Source: an uncultured Bacteroides sp. (GTDB lineage: Bacteria > Bacteroidota > Bacteroidia > Bacteroidales > Bacteroidaceae). From it: 64,000 bases of DNA. Each line of letters begins with the position of its first letter. Position 1 is the first letter of the stretch. The stretch is taken from positions 39,726-103,725 of the forward strand of contig CAUFUE010000018.1 of assembly GCA_959029255.1 (NCBI GenBank). Direction: 5' to 3'. The notes under the pieces were generated by a model. That model searched no databases, had not been told where the DNA came from, and saw only the letters and a list, made by a program, of their open reading frames with translations. Below, piece after piece: positions 27,928 to 37,048 of this stretch. Both the position numbers and the translations under genes were made by a program.

Positions 27928-27987
27928 ACAGAGGTTCACGGAGGTTAGCGGAGGTTTACGGAGAATAATGAAGGATAACGGAGGATA
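27928..27987. repeat. Six degenerate 10-bp tandem repeats (consensus ACGGAGGATA/TTA)
   Basis: acagaggttc acggaggtta gcggaggttt acggagaata atgaaggata acggaggata. Confidence 0.7.
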
Positions 27988-27993
27988 AATAGA

Positions 27994-28245
27994 TTAAGGT
28001 GTTCCTAAAATATTGACAATGAGCCGGACTTGCGCGGGCGTATATCGTCTGTTTGTCCGGCTCATTCCTGTGGCAAGCAGGCATTGTTCCAATCCAGGTG
28101 CTGTGCGAATCCATTGATTAAATTGATTTACGGCAGTCTGTTGAGTCACTCCGTGGATATAACACAATGCCAGTTCTCCTTTTCCATAACTGCGAATGGG
28201 AAAAGGAGCTTCATCAAAAGAATTGATAGTTTTCATTTTATACAT
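27994..28245 (-). CDS. DUF4248-family protein
   Basis: FPIRSYGKGELALCY..WI..YTPAQVRLIV..LGTP signature. Confidence 0.8.
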   Translation of the reverse strand: MYKMKTINSFDEAPFPIRSYGKGELALCYIHGVTQQTAVNQFNQWIRTAPGLEQCLLATGMSRTNRRYTPAQVRLIVNILGTP

Positions 28246-28297
28246 AAATTTTTAAGGCGTTTTTTTATTTGTTTAATCTATGTAAAGATACTGATTA

Positions 28298-30109
28298 TTA
28301 ATTAAATAAACAATTTGGCGAATCATAATTTTTTAACCAATTGGTATTATCGTATTGCGTATTTACAGGACCTTGCTTGTCCCCCTCTGGTCCACTGATA
28401 ATACCTTCTTCACAAGGAGAATAACGTCCGTTTACCCGGTTGTAGACAAATTTGACTTCTCCACGGTTACCCAGATGCTTAAATTTGACTTTGTCGATGA
28501 AAATATTGACAAGACCCTTATCGTCCTCTCTGTCTACGATGACGCAAAAGTCTGATTTATTGCCGAAATCTGCCGATCCGGCAATGTCATTCATTTCCAC
28601 GCGGCGTCTTACTCCATTCAGTTGGTTGCGGTTTATCTTGCGGGGATGTGCCACAAGAATGACGAGACACTGGTTGCGGACCGCAAAGCGGCTCAACTGG
28701 TTTAGTAGCGACGAGATATATTGTAGCTCTGTCTGCCCTGTGGGAAGCCTTTGGTCCAGCCTGTTCAACGGGTCGATAACCAAGATGCGGATGCCCCGAA
28801 GTATGACTAGCTGGCGAGCCTTTTCCAGTACGGTGTCCAGTGTATAATCTTCATTGCCGGGAAGGATATGGGTCACATTCTCGGTCAGGAAACGGCTTGC
28901 TTGCCGGTAAATCTCTTCTGTCATGCCCGTTTGAGGATTGAAGGCGAGTCCCGTTAATTTTTCCGCCAGTTTGCACAGGTGATAGGTGATGGGAAGATTT
29001 TCGGGACTGAAATATCCCACTTTCCAGTCATGCCGCAGGCACAGACGCATTACAAGTTCGTCCACCCATTCCGATTTTCCGTCACCCGGCAGTCCGCTTA
29101 CCACCATGAGCCGACGTAGTTCCATCGTACAATAAAGGTCGAAGTTATCCCAACCGGTTTCTGCTCCCCGTTTAAGTCCGTTTTCGTAGACACTCCGTAG
29201 GTCATCTTTCAAGTCATCGGCGGTGAATACTCCTTCGATAGGGATTTCTTCGGCTTGTTGCAGGCAGATGAGCAGGCTGTCTGCACCATAACGTATAAGA
29301 TGCTCGTTGGCGTCCTTGCATCCGGGGCCGAAGTGCACCAGGCGGCAACGTTCGCTGCCCAGGCGGCGTGTCAGTTCCTGCCTCAATACTTGTCCGGCAC
29401 TATCCTCATCGGCAGCTATGTAGATGATTTTCTTTTCGGCGAAGTGCGTGGCAATGAACCTGTCCAGCCACGTAAGGTTGCTTTGCGCTCCGGCAGGTAC
29501 GGAAATCACGTCGTCGCGCCCGGCCGCCATGAAAGACGCGGCATCCAGTTCACCCTCAGTGATGATACATTCCGGGGTGTCCAGGATGCCGTCCACGTGG
29601 TAGGGGATAAGCTCTGCTCCCTGTATCATCTTGAAATGCTTCTGTGCGCTGCGGAATTTGGTATTGATGAGTGTACCGTTTTCAAAATAGTTGAAGCAGA
29701 TGCATTTTTCCGGTTGTCGGCTATCGGGCATCGTTTCGGTCTGTTCGCCGATTTGAAGTCGGCGGATGACCTCTTGTGGAATGCACCGGGTCTGTACAAG
29801 ATATTGTTCCGTCTTCTCCGACAGTGTCAGCCGGGCGGTGTCGAACGTGGGGCGGCGGAAATGTGACGGAAGTTGGGAATGGTGGCTCCTAAGTGTTTTC
29901 TGGAATTCCTTGGCACGTTGTTGGGCATCGTCAGGTACACACCCTTTTGCCTGGCAATGATGGCAGTAGTATAAACCCGTATCCAGATCTACCGAGAGCG
30001 ATTTATCCCCTTTGTGTCCCCTCGTTTCGTTGCAGAAAGGACAGATGGTTTTTATTTTTCCGCTACTGCGGCCACGGGTCTCTATCCCGTATGAATGAAA
30101 GTTTCTCAT
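28298..30109 (-). CDS. Bifunctional DNA primase/helicase (T7 gp4/Twinkle-like)
   Basis: Zn finger CPFC..CHHC, TOPRIM EGELD..DED, KDANE, Walker A GLPGDGKS, VIDP, LVAHPRK and DIAGSA; likely start ATG 30109. Confidence 0.9.
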   Translation of the reverse strand: MRNFHSYGIETRGRSSGKIKTICPFCNETRGHKGDKSLSVDLDTGLYYCHHCQAKGCVPDDAQQRAKEFQKTLRSHHSQLPSHFRRPTFDTARLTLSEKTEQYLVQTRCIPQEVIRRLQIGEQTETMPDSRQPEKCICFNYFENGTLINTKFRSAQKHFKMIQGAELIPYHVDGILDTPECIITEGELDAASFMAAGRDDVISVPAGAQSNLTWLDRFIATHFAEKKIIYIAADEDSAGQVLRQELTRRLGSERCRLVHFGPGCKDANEHLIRYGADSLLICLQQAEEIPIEGVFTADDLKDDLRSVYENGLKRGAETGWDNFDLYCTMELRRLMVVSGLPGDGKSEWVDELVMRLCLRHDWKVGYFSPENLPITYHLCKLAEKLTGLAFNPQTGMTEEIYRQASRFLTENVTHILPGNEDYTLDTVLEKARQLVILRGIRILVIDPLNRLDQRLPTGQTELQYISSLLNQLSRFAVRNQCLVILVAHPRKINRNQLNGVRRRVEMNDIAGSADFGNKSDFCVIVDREDDKGLVNIFIDKVKFKHLGNRGEVKFVYNRVNGRYSPCEEGIISGPEGDKQGPVNTQYDNTNWLKNYDSPNCLFN

Positions 30110-30146
30110 TACACTGATTGTTTGTTTGATATGAATAATCTGCCGG

Positions 30147-30300
30147 TTTGCATGACGCATTTTACCGGACTGAATGACGTGTGTTTGTAGAGAAAACGAC
30201 GCATGTTATCGTTGTGAATGACGCATGTGACATCTGCTGAGGTGCGTCATCACATCCGCCTTTATGCGTGGTTTCCTCTGCTGGGATGCGTGGTTTGCAT
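30147..30300. repeat. 22-bp-periodic array: four ATGACGCAT-like cores then three inverted cores
   Basis: Cores start at 30152, 30174, 30196 and 30218; inverted cores at 30242, 30264 and 30286. Confidence 0.8.
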
Positions 30301-30301
30301 T

Positions 30302-31336
30302 CTATTGTTTTTTTGATATCCAGACACACTTCAGTGTGTTCCAAATGGCTGTCTCGTCGGGTCGTGGAGGGGCGTTGTCGGGTATGGGGCATCCCAAATA
30401 GGTTCGGCGTCCGTCGATTTTTTTTTCAAAACGATAGGGGTCGGGGGAGTCCGCACGCTGCTTTTTACTTAGGTTTTCCAGATATTTATAAAGTTCCTTG
30501 GAAGTGCGGCTTCCGGGAGATGCGAAATTTATGAAATATTGATGTACTGCTTTCATATCCAGCAGTTCACCTCCTTTGTCATAGGTCAGGATATGCTGTT
30601 TGAAGAACTTGACGGCATCTTTGAAAAACATTTTCATCAGTGCTCCGTAGCCGCTTCTCATGCAGGCTATATCCACCCATTCACTGTCTTGCGTCAAATC
30701 ATCCACAAGTTTCTGCCAAGGATGAATGGGCTGTGGCGAATGTGAGGGACGGTGATAGTCATCGGCTCCGCTCAGCATGGACGGTTTTTCCGTGGGAGGG
30801 GTTGGAGGAATATCAGCATCGGCAACGGCTTCTGTTTCTTCTTCTTTTGTTGCTGTTGTTATTATATCATTTATATTCTCTTTAATAAAATCAATGATGG
30901 CTTCTTGTAAGTCATTTGTTTTTAGTGATTTATTTGGAAGGTTAGCTTGTCTTTCGGCTTCATTTTTTGACAATTTCTGCAGATTACCATCGCCTTTTTG
31001 CCTATTTTTCGTTGATTTTCTGACACTTTTTGACATATTCCGACCGTTTTCCCGTGTGGGATTGAGTTCGTCGGGCATAAAAAAACCGTCTTCCTCGATG
31101 ATAAAAAGATTATATTCAAAAATGATTTTCTTGAGGTAACTTAAAGTCACTATCCGGCTTTTGCAATAAGGCTGTAAATATTCCAATGAAGCGCGCGGTT
31201 CAGGTAACAGTTCAAGTTTTTCAATAATATACCAGTAGGCACCGCAACCTTTCAAGCCTTCTGTTTCAATCAGGTTGTGCATTCTCGGGTCGTTCATCGC
31301 CATCAACGAATGTTGAAGGTAGAAATTCTTTTTCAT
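30302..31336 (-). CDS. DUF4373/Lin1244-like protein (putative phage-type replication initiator)
   Basis: YLQHSLMAMNDPRM..EGLKGCGAYWYIIEKL N-terminus, low-complexity linker and C-terminal GCPIPDNAPPRP. Confidence 0.65.
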   Translation of the reverse strand: MKKNFYLQHSLMAMNDPRMHNLIETEGLKGCGAYWYIIEKLELLPEPRASLEYLQPYCKSRIVTLSYLKKIIFEYNLFIIEEDGFFMPDELNPTRENGRNMSKSVRKSTKNRQKGDGNLQKLSKNEAERQANLPNKSLKTNDLQEAIIDFIKENINDIITTATKEEETEAVADADIPPTPPTEKPSMLSGADDYHRPSHSPQPIHPWQKLVDDLTQDSEWVDIACMRSGYGALMKMFFKDAVKFFKQHILTYDKGGELLDMKAVHQYFINFASPGSRTSKELYKYLENLSKKQRADSPDPYRFEKKIDGRRTYLGCPIPDNAPPRPDETAIWNTLKCVWISKKQ

Positions 31337-31578
31337 GTAATTATAGTTTTAATTATAGTTGTATGGGAAAGTTGTTGCGCAAGGAGGGTTGCTTTGTATA
31401 GCGACGTCGTCTTTCGTAATAGCTTTTCGTAAATATCTGCAACGAAGGTACGGATAATAAAATAGCCGTACAGTCTGTTTTGTGTGTAGGCTGTACGGCG
31501 AGGGAGTTTAGAAACCAATTCTTTAAGGTTTGTAAAACACTAAAAAGTACGCAATTATTAAAAAAATAAACAGTTATA

Positions 31579-31822
31579 CTACTTTAACAATTTCCCCCCT
31601 TTTTTCTTTATGGGATTTACCCTTTGAGCCCGTGTTGCTATGGGACCAAGTTCTCTGCCTTCCTGATAAGTGCCTTTGTCGTAGGGGTTGTACAATTTGA
31701 GAAGCCATGTTTTTATGATTTCCGTAAACATAAGCCTTGACTTGTGGCTGTGTGTGATTTCCACTTCAAACTCTTCGATTACAACGTCATCAATACTGAC
31801 GGTCAGTTTAATTTTTTTTCAT
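31579..31822 (-). pseudogene. Small hypothetical gene whose ATG is out of frame by one base in an A8 tract
   Basis: Reads ATG AAA AAA AAT TAA. Removing one A gives MKKIKLTVSIDDVVIEEFEVEITHSH..., in frame with track ORF 31579-31764. Promoter element TACCTTTG at 31847-31854. Confidence 0.45.
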
Positions 31823-31900
31823 GATAATTTTGTTTTAAAAAGTGACAAAGGTAGACAAATGTAATAAATTATAGGGAAATAAATCTTATCTTTGTTATCC

Positions 31901-32908
31901 ATGAGCAAGCAAAAGAATTTATCCATAGAGACATTGCGAGGCATTGCCATTTTGTTGGTAGTCATCGGTCACGTAATCGGTTCTACGCCTTCGGGGGGAA
32001 TGAAGATTGATTTTCCCCATCCGTTGCGCTATCTCTATTTGTGGATTGATTATATCCAGATGCCGCTATTTACCGCTATTGCCGGTTGGGTATATGCCTT
32101 GAAGCCGTTCTCGCCTGTAGCGGGATTCGGGGCATTTGTACGGAAAAAAGCTATGCGGTTGTTGGTGCCTATGGTGGCGGTGGGTACACTTTATTTCTTG
32201 GTGCAATATCTGATGCCGGGTACGAATCAAAAAGGAGAGCTGAGTCAAATGTGGCGTATTTATATATTTCCGTATACGATTTACTGGTATCTGCCGTCAT
32301 TGTTCTTGATTTTTGTGATACAATGGTGGATAGATTGGTGGAAAGGAATGGAAAATATTAAACAATGGGGGATATGTTTACTGATAGCTTATTTACTGTA
32401 TCTTGCTGAGAAATATATTCTTTTGGAATCAGTACCCAATATCTTTAGCTTTAAAGGTGCATTAAATCAATTACCATATTTTTTGGTGGGTGTAGGGGTA
32501 AATCGTTTTGGTATTTTGCTATGCAGAACAAGAGAGTGGGTATTATGTACAATATTTGTTATAATAGGTATTGTTCTTTTACAGATGGAATGGTTTTACC
32601 ATTTAAATGAAACAAAATGGTATGAGATTTTACAACCAATTTGGATTTTTGCAACATTACTTTTATTTTTATTGTTACATTTTAAAAACTGTTTTTTATG
32701 TTGGGTAGGTAGTTATGCGTATAGTATATATCTGTTCCATGGATTTGCTACTTCAGGTGGACGCATCTTATTGAAAATGATGGGGATAAATGCCATTATA
32801 CCGATATTTCTGATAGCTACATTTATGGCAATATTCTTTCCTATCGTACTGGATTGGATTTGTAGCCATTTTAAAATATTCCGTATAATATTTTTAGGGA
32901 AAAGGTAA
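31901..32908 (+). CDS. Acyltransferase family 3 (polysaccharide O-acyltransferase)
   Basis: IETLRGIAILLVVIGH, MPLFTAIAG, RLLVP, YWYL and G.YAYSIYLFH motifs. Confidence 0.9.
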   Translation: MSKQKNLSIETLRGIAILLVVIGHVIGSTPSGGMKIDFPHPLRYLYLWIDYIQMPLFTAIAGWVYALKPFSPVAGFGAFVRKKAMRLLVPMVAVGTLYFLVQYLMPGTNQKGELSQMWRIYIFPYTIYWYLPSLFLIFVIQWWIDWWKGMENIKQWGICLLIAYLLYLAEKYILLESVPNIFSFKGALNQLPYFLVGVGVNRFGILLCRTREWVLCTIFVIIGIVLLQMEWFYHLNETKWYEILQPIWIFATLLLFLLLHFKNCFLCWVGSYAYSIYLFHGFATSGGRILLKMMGINAIIPIFLIATFMAIFFPIVLDWICSHFKIFRIIFLGKR

Positions 32909-32915
32909 ATCTTAG

Positions 32916-33542
32916 CTATGGTTTTAAAATAATCCATTCTTTTGTTTTATTATCATATCTTTTTATCACTTTGGCCGGACTTCCAATAGCTACGCTATTA
33001 TCTGGAATATCTTTAGTAACTACACTACCTGCACCGATGACGACATGTTTACCGATGCTAACTCCTTCTGTTATTACGGAATTGGCACCTATCCAGGAAT
33101 CATCTCCAATACTAATACAAGAGGTTGTTACTCCTTGTTCATGAATAGGAGAATCAATACTTTCGTAACGATGATTCAAACCTGATAAAACGATATTTTG
33201 TGCTAGTATTACATGGTTTCCTATTTTTACGGGACCTATTATTGTGGAATGGAGTCCAATACGAGTATAATTTCCAATAATTACATCTCCTACACCGTTG
33301 TCTACGATAGAATATTCTTCAATAGTACTATGTGTTCCTAAATAAAAACGATTAATGGGAGAAACATTTATTATGGTTTGTCTTCGGATTACAGCTTTCT
33401 TGCCATGATGAAAAACAAGCGGATTCACGAACCATTTTATCCATCGGCGAGGACGTGCATTGGAAAACATAAATTTATGAATCTTTCTTTTCCATTTGGG
33501 AGAATGATTTATTTTTTCTTTAATGAATGCGAATTTTATCAT
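32916..33542 (-). CDS. Hexapeptide-repeat (LbH) acetyltransferase
   Basis: IGDDSWIGANSVITEGVSIGKHVVIGAGSVVTKDIP..GSPAK. Confidence 0.9.
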   Translation of the reverse strand: MIKFAFIKEKINHSPKWKRKIHKFMFSNARPRRWIKWFVNPLVFHHGKKAVIRRQTIINVSPINRFYLGTHSTIEEYSIVDNGVGDVIIGNYTRIGLHSTIIGPVKIGNHVILAQNIVLSGLNHRYESIDSPIHEQGVTTSCISIGDDSWIGANSVITEGVSIGKHVVIGAGSVVTKDIPDNSVAIGSPAKVIKRYDNKTKEWIILKP

Positions 33543-33551
33543 AACTATTTT

Positions 33552-34712
33552 TTAATGGGTTTTGTATTTATCAATAGCTTGGTATATCTTTTTCACACTG
33601 TGTTCCCAACTATGGGTGTAGGCGAAAGCGATACGTTCTTTTTCTATATTTTGATTTCCGATTTCACCGATGGCTTCCTCAATAGCTTGGAGATAACTCG
33701 ACAAGTCAGTAGCCAAATGTACATGTCGAGCAAATATGTCTCTCATGGTGTGTGTATTTGTTGCTACTACAGGTTTACCCATCGATAAATATTCATCAAT
33801 TTTTAGTGGATAATTACCTTCAGTTATTGGATTTATAATTTGAGGGTTGATGCAGATGTCAAAATGTTGTATGTAGGCTGGGAGTTCTTCAACTTCTTTA
33901 CGTCCTGTGAAGTAAACATTTTGCAAAGAGTGTAGGGGATGTTGTGAAAAAAAAGAATCTTCTGGACCAACAAATACAAAACTGTATTGAGAAAGCCTGG
34001 ATACTATATTGTAGAGTAATGATGCATCTAATCGGCTTTTAATGATAGCCCCGGTATATCCTATAATTGGATGGGAAATTTGTACTAACTCTTTTGGTTT
34101 TCTCCAATGGCGGGTTGCATTATATAACTCTAAATTTACACCTGTATTTACGGTATATATGTTTGTGTTGTATTTTTGTAATTCTTTCGTGAAATAGCTT
34201 GAATTTGTTATTACAATATCTGATTGGCGAACAAGTGTATATTCACATTCTGGACCATATTTTTTCCAGTAATTAACTCCTATGATATAATCACGTCTAT
34301 AATATATTGATATGGCAGGATGGATAAGTTGTTTAAGATAACGGCTTCGGAATATATCAGTGTCGATGATATGAGAGAAATCCGTAATGCCATATTGCAT
34401 TATCGCTTTTTTTATGGTGCGGGCAATACAAAGATTGTTGTAATAATTAACTGCTCTGAACAGCCATTTGAATGGTATGCCATTGACTGGTAATACAGGG
34501 CATTTACAGTATATTATTCGCAAGTTTAAATTAATGCTCTTGTCTTTTTGTGCGGAAATTTCTTTATTGCTCCGTAACCATTGTATAATATTGGGGGGAG
34601 TATTAATGTAGAATACCCGATTTTGTTTTGAGATTTCTAGTGCAGTATTTTTTATAGTACTTCCAATCTCAATATCCCATCTTTGAAGACTTGTGATGAT
34701 GTAATCTGCCAT
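33552..34712 (-). CDS. Glycosyltransferase (GT4-like)
   Basis: IGYTGAI, FVFVGP, FDICINP and YPLKIDEYLSMGKPVV motifs. Confidence 0.88.
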   Translation of the reverse strand: MADYIITSLQRWDIEIGSTIKNTALEISKQNRVFYINTPPNIIQWLRSNKEISAQKDKSINLNLRIIYCKCPVLPVNGIPFKWLFRAVNYYNNLCIARTIKKAIMQYGITDFSHIIDTDIFRSRYLKQLIHPAISIYYRRDYIIGVNYWKKYGPECEYTLVRQSDIVITNSSYFTKELQKYNTNIYTVNTGVNLELYNATRHWRKPKELVQISHPIIGYTGAIIKSRLDASLLYNIVSRLSQYSFVFVGPEDSFFSQHPLHSLQNVYFTGRKEVEELPAYIQHFDICINPQIINPITEGNYPLKIDEYLSMGKPVVATNTHTMRDIFARHVHLATDLSSYLQAIEEAIGEIGNQNIEKERIAFAYTHSWEHSVKKIYQAIDKYKTH

Positions 34713-34721
34713 AATAGTGAA

Positions 34722-35846
34722 TTATAAAAGCAAATGCCTGTAAATATTTAGGTATTCTTCCGCCGTATGTATCCATGAGAATCGTTTTACGTGTTCTAAA
34801 CCGTATGCGACCTGGTCTTGGTAGAATTTTGTATCATTTTCTAAAAGCAAAATAGTGTCTGTTATTTCTTTGGGGTTATTAGGATTTATAAGTATTCCAC
34901 CTTTACCTGCTACTTCGGGAAGCGAGGAACAATTACTTGTAATTACTGGAGTACCACATGCCATAGCTTCTAATACCGGTATGCCAAACCCCTCTTGCAG
35001 AGAAGGAAAAAGAAATATATAAGCGCCATTATAAAGTCCAGGTAAATCTTCGCTTGGGACATAGTTAGTAAAAATAATATTAGAAATGCAAATATCAATG
35101 TTCATATTGATAAGTAACTCCTCTACATAGTTTTGTTTAACTCCCGTAATGACCAGACTTAAAGGATTTTGAGAATGATTAAGATATTCGTTGTAGGCTC
35201 GTAGTACACCTCTTATGTTTTTTCGTGAATCGGTGTTGCCTAAAAAAAGTAAGAACTTCTTATTTGAAAGATATTTCTTAGTAATGGTATAAGTATCAGG
35301 TTCTGACATAGGATGGTAACAACTGCTATATCCATTGTGAATTGCATAAAGCCGTTTCTCTATTGTGGGAAAACGTTTCAGTATATTTTCTTTTTCCGTT
35401 TCGGAGACAGTGATAACAGCTTGGCATTTATTGATAATACGAGGTACATTCCAGCGTCGATAATACCAGCCCAGTTGTTGATAACGTGACATCCCTTTCG
35501 GTTTTTCTCCATTTAAATAAATAATATCGTGGAGAGTAATCATTAAAGGGACAGGTGAGTATAAGGGTGCAGTGTTTGAGGTACAATGTAAAAAATCTAC
35601 TTTGTTTTTTTTAACGGCACGTGGCAGAATCCATTGCTCCCATACTAAATAATTAGTGCATTCAAGCTCCATGACATGCATTCGTTTTGTGCTTTTAAGA
35701 CATCGGTCTTTACCGGGAGCTACGAAGACAAAATATTCATTACTGTCATCTCTTAACTGGAGTTGACGTAAGACTTCCAGAATAACAAAATCCATTCCGT
35801 GTTTATCTGGACGAAAAATTCTTTGGGCCTCTATGCCTATCCTCAT
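34722..35846 (-). CDS. GT4 glycosyltransferase
   Basis: TLHDII, RKNI and FPSLQEGFGIPVLEAMACGTPVITS motifs. Confidence 0.9.
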   Translation of the reverse strand: MRIGIEAQRIFRPDKHGMDFVILEVLRQLQLRDDSNEYFVFVAPGKDRCLKSTKRMHVMELECTNYLVWEQWILPRAVKKNKVDFLHCTSNTAPLYSPVPLMITLHDIIYLNGEKPKGMSRYQQLGWYYRRWNVPRIINKCQAVITVSETEKENILKRFPTIEKRLYAIHNGYSSCYHPMSEPDTYTITKKYLSNKKFLLFLGNTDSRKNIRGVLRAYNEYLNHSQNPLSLVITGVKQNYVEELLINMNIDICISNIIFTNYVPSEDLPGLYNGAYIFLFPSLQEGFGIPVLEAMACGTPVITSNCSSLPEVAGKGGILINPNNPKEITDTILLLENDTKFYQDQVAYGLEHVKRFSWIHTAEEYLNIYRHLLL

Positions 35847-35848
35847 AT

Positions 35849-37042
35849 TTATTTCTTTCTTTTCCTTTTAAATATACGCTTGAAGTGACTCAAAGCTGAT
35901 GTGAATATTAATAATGGCAATGACCAGAAAGCTTTACGGAAACGGCGATTAATTTCACCTTCCGGTAATGCTATAAGAAATGTTATGAACAATATTCCTA
36001 ATAGTATATACCATTTGAAGCAGAGTGTCCAGTCCAATAGGGTGATGATTATTGCACATATCACGATATAGGCGATAAGCAGTAATCTTGAGGGCATCAG
36101 CCATTGGAATAATTTCTCACAAAGATCCCATTTCCCTTGTATGAAAGCAATGGGAAATTGTACGAGGGCTAGCATTGAACTATGGTACTGAGCACTTAAC
36201 CAACGTTGGCGCTCTTTACTATATTCGGATGCGTCTTCTGTCTTTTTGCAATAGCAAACCACATCTTCTAAATATTCTGTGTAGATATTTTCTTTCAGTA
36301 ACTCTATTTCCATTGCTTTGGTTAAATCACTGCCGCTAAGCCGTGGCGCAATTCTGTGAAACATTTCAAAATCGAACATCATGCCTGAACCAATAAGGGC
36401 GGAGGAGAAGCCCAATACTGTATGTGCTTTGCGAAAAAGTTGATTGTTGATTTCTTCACTAGTAGCATTCAATACGGCAATATTGGTATTGAGATTCTCT
36501 GTCATACGATGGGCTTGTATGGCATCACAACCGGAATAATAGGCATCATTGAAAAGATTCAATGCATTGGGGACGACTTTATTATCGGAGTTGAAAATAG
36601 TAATGGCATCGTATTCGCTAGGTGAATAACGTTCCATAACTTGCTGAATAGCATATATTTTTGTACAATATTCCTTGTCGGGCACTACGATATTGACTGG
36701 CATTTGAAGTAAGGTAACTAACTCATTTTCTGGTAACTGGGTAGCAGCTACTGCTATATCATACTTATCACGAGGATAGACTTGAGTATCTAAAAAATGA
36801 TTGATTGATTCTATCACTTCTTTCCCGTTTTTGAGTACGACAAAAAGTACTAGAAAGCGGTGTTGCTTATGTGCTGGTGGATATGGATTTTTACGTTTAC
36901 GCAAGGATGCCAAAGCATAGATGAATAAGTATAAAACCGGTATAGCAAGCAACAAAAACAAAATAGCATCTGTCATTTGCAATGCATTATTATTTTCATC
37001 CATCCACCAGTCGGGATTAAATATTGAAAAAAAGTCATTCAT
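35849..37042 (-). CDS. GT2-like membrane glycosyltransferase (paralog of 16332-17513, degenerate DxD)
   Basis: Shares QAHR..NLN, SEEINN, SSALIGSGM and ERQRWLSAQ with the left-arm GT2; reads FNSDN where the paralog has LDADN. Confidence 0.8.
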   Translation of the reverse strand: MNDFFSIFNPDWWMDENNNALQMTDAILFLLLAIPVLYLFIYALASLRKRKNPYPPAHKQHRFLVLFVVLKNGKEVIESINHFLDTQVYPRDKYDIAVAATQLPENELVTLLQMPVNIVVPDKEYCTKIYAIQQVMERYSPSEYDAITIFNSDNKVVPNALNLFNDAYYSGCDAIQAHRMTENLNTNIAVLNATSEEINNQLFRKAHTVLGFSSALIGSGMMFDFEMFHRIAPRLSGSDLTKAMEIELLKENIYTEYLEDVVCYCKKTEDASEYSKERQRWLSAQYHSSMLALVQFPIAFIQGKWDLCEKLFQWLMPSRLLLIAYIVICAIIITLLDWTLCFKWYILLGILFITFLIALPEGEINRRFRKAFWSLPLLIFTSALSHFKRIFKRKRKK

Positions 37043-37048
37043 ATTGCT

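Noticed and set aside
30147..30300. CRISPR array (short repeats with variable spacers); likewise 53881-54011
   Set aside because: Cores of ~9 bp and spacers of ~13 bp are far too short, orientation flips mid-array, and no cas genes are present.
26612..31336. Intact prophage
   Set aside because: No integrase, terminase, capsid or tail genes and no att sites were recognised.
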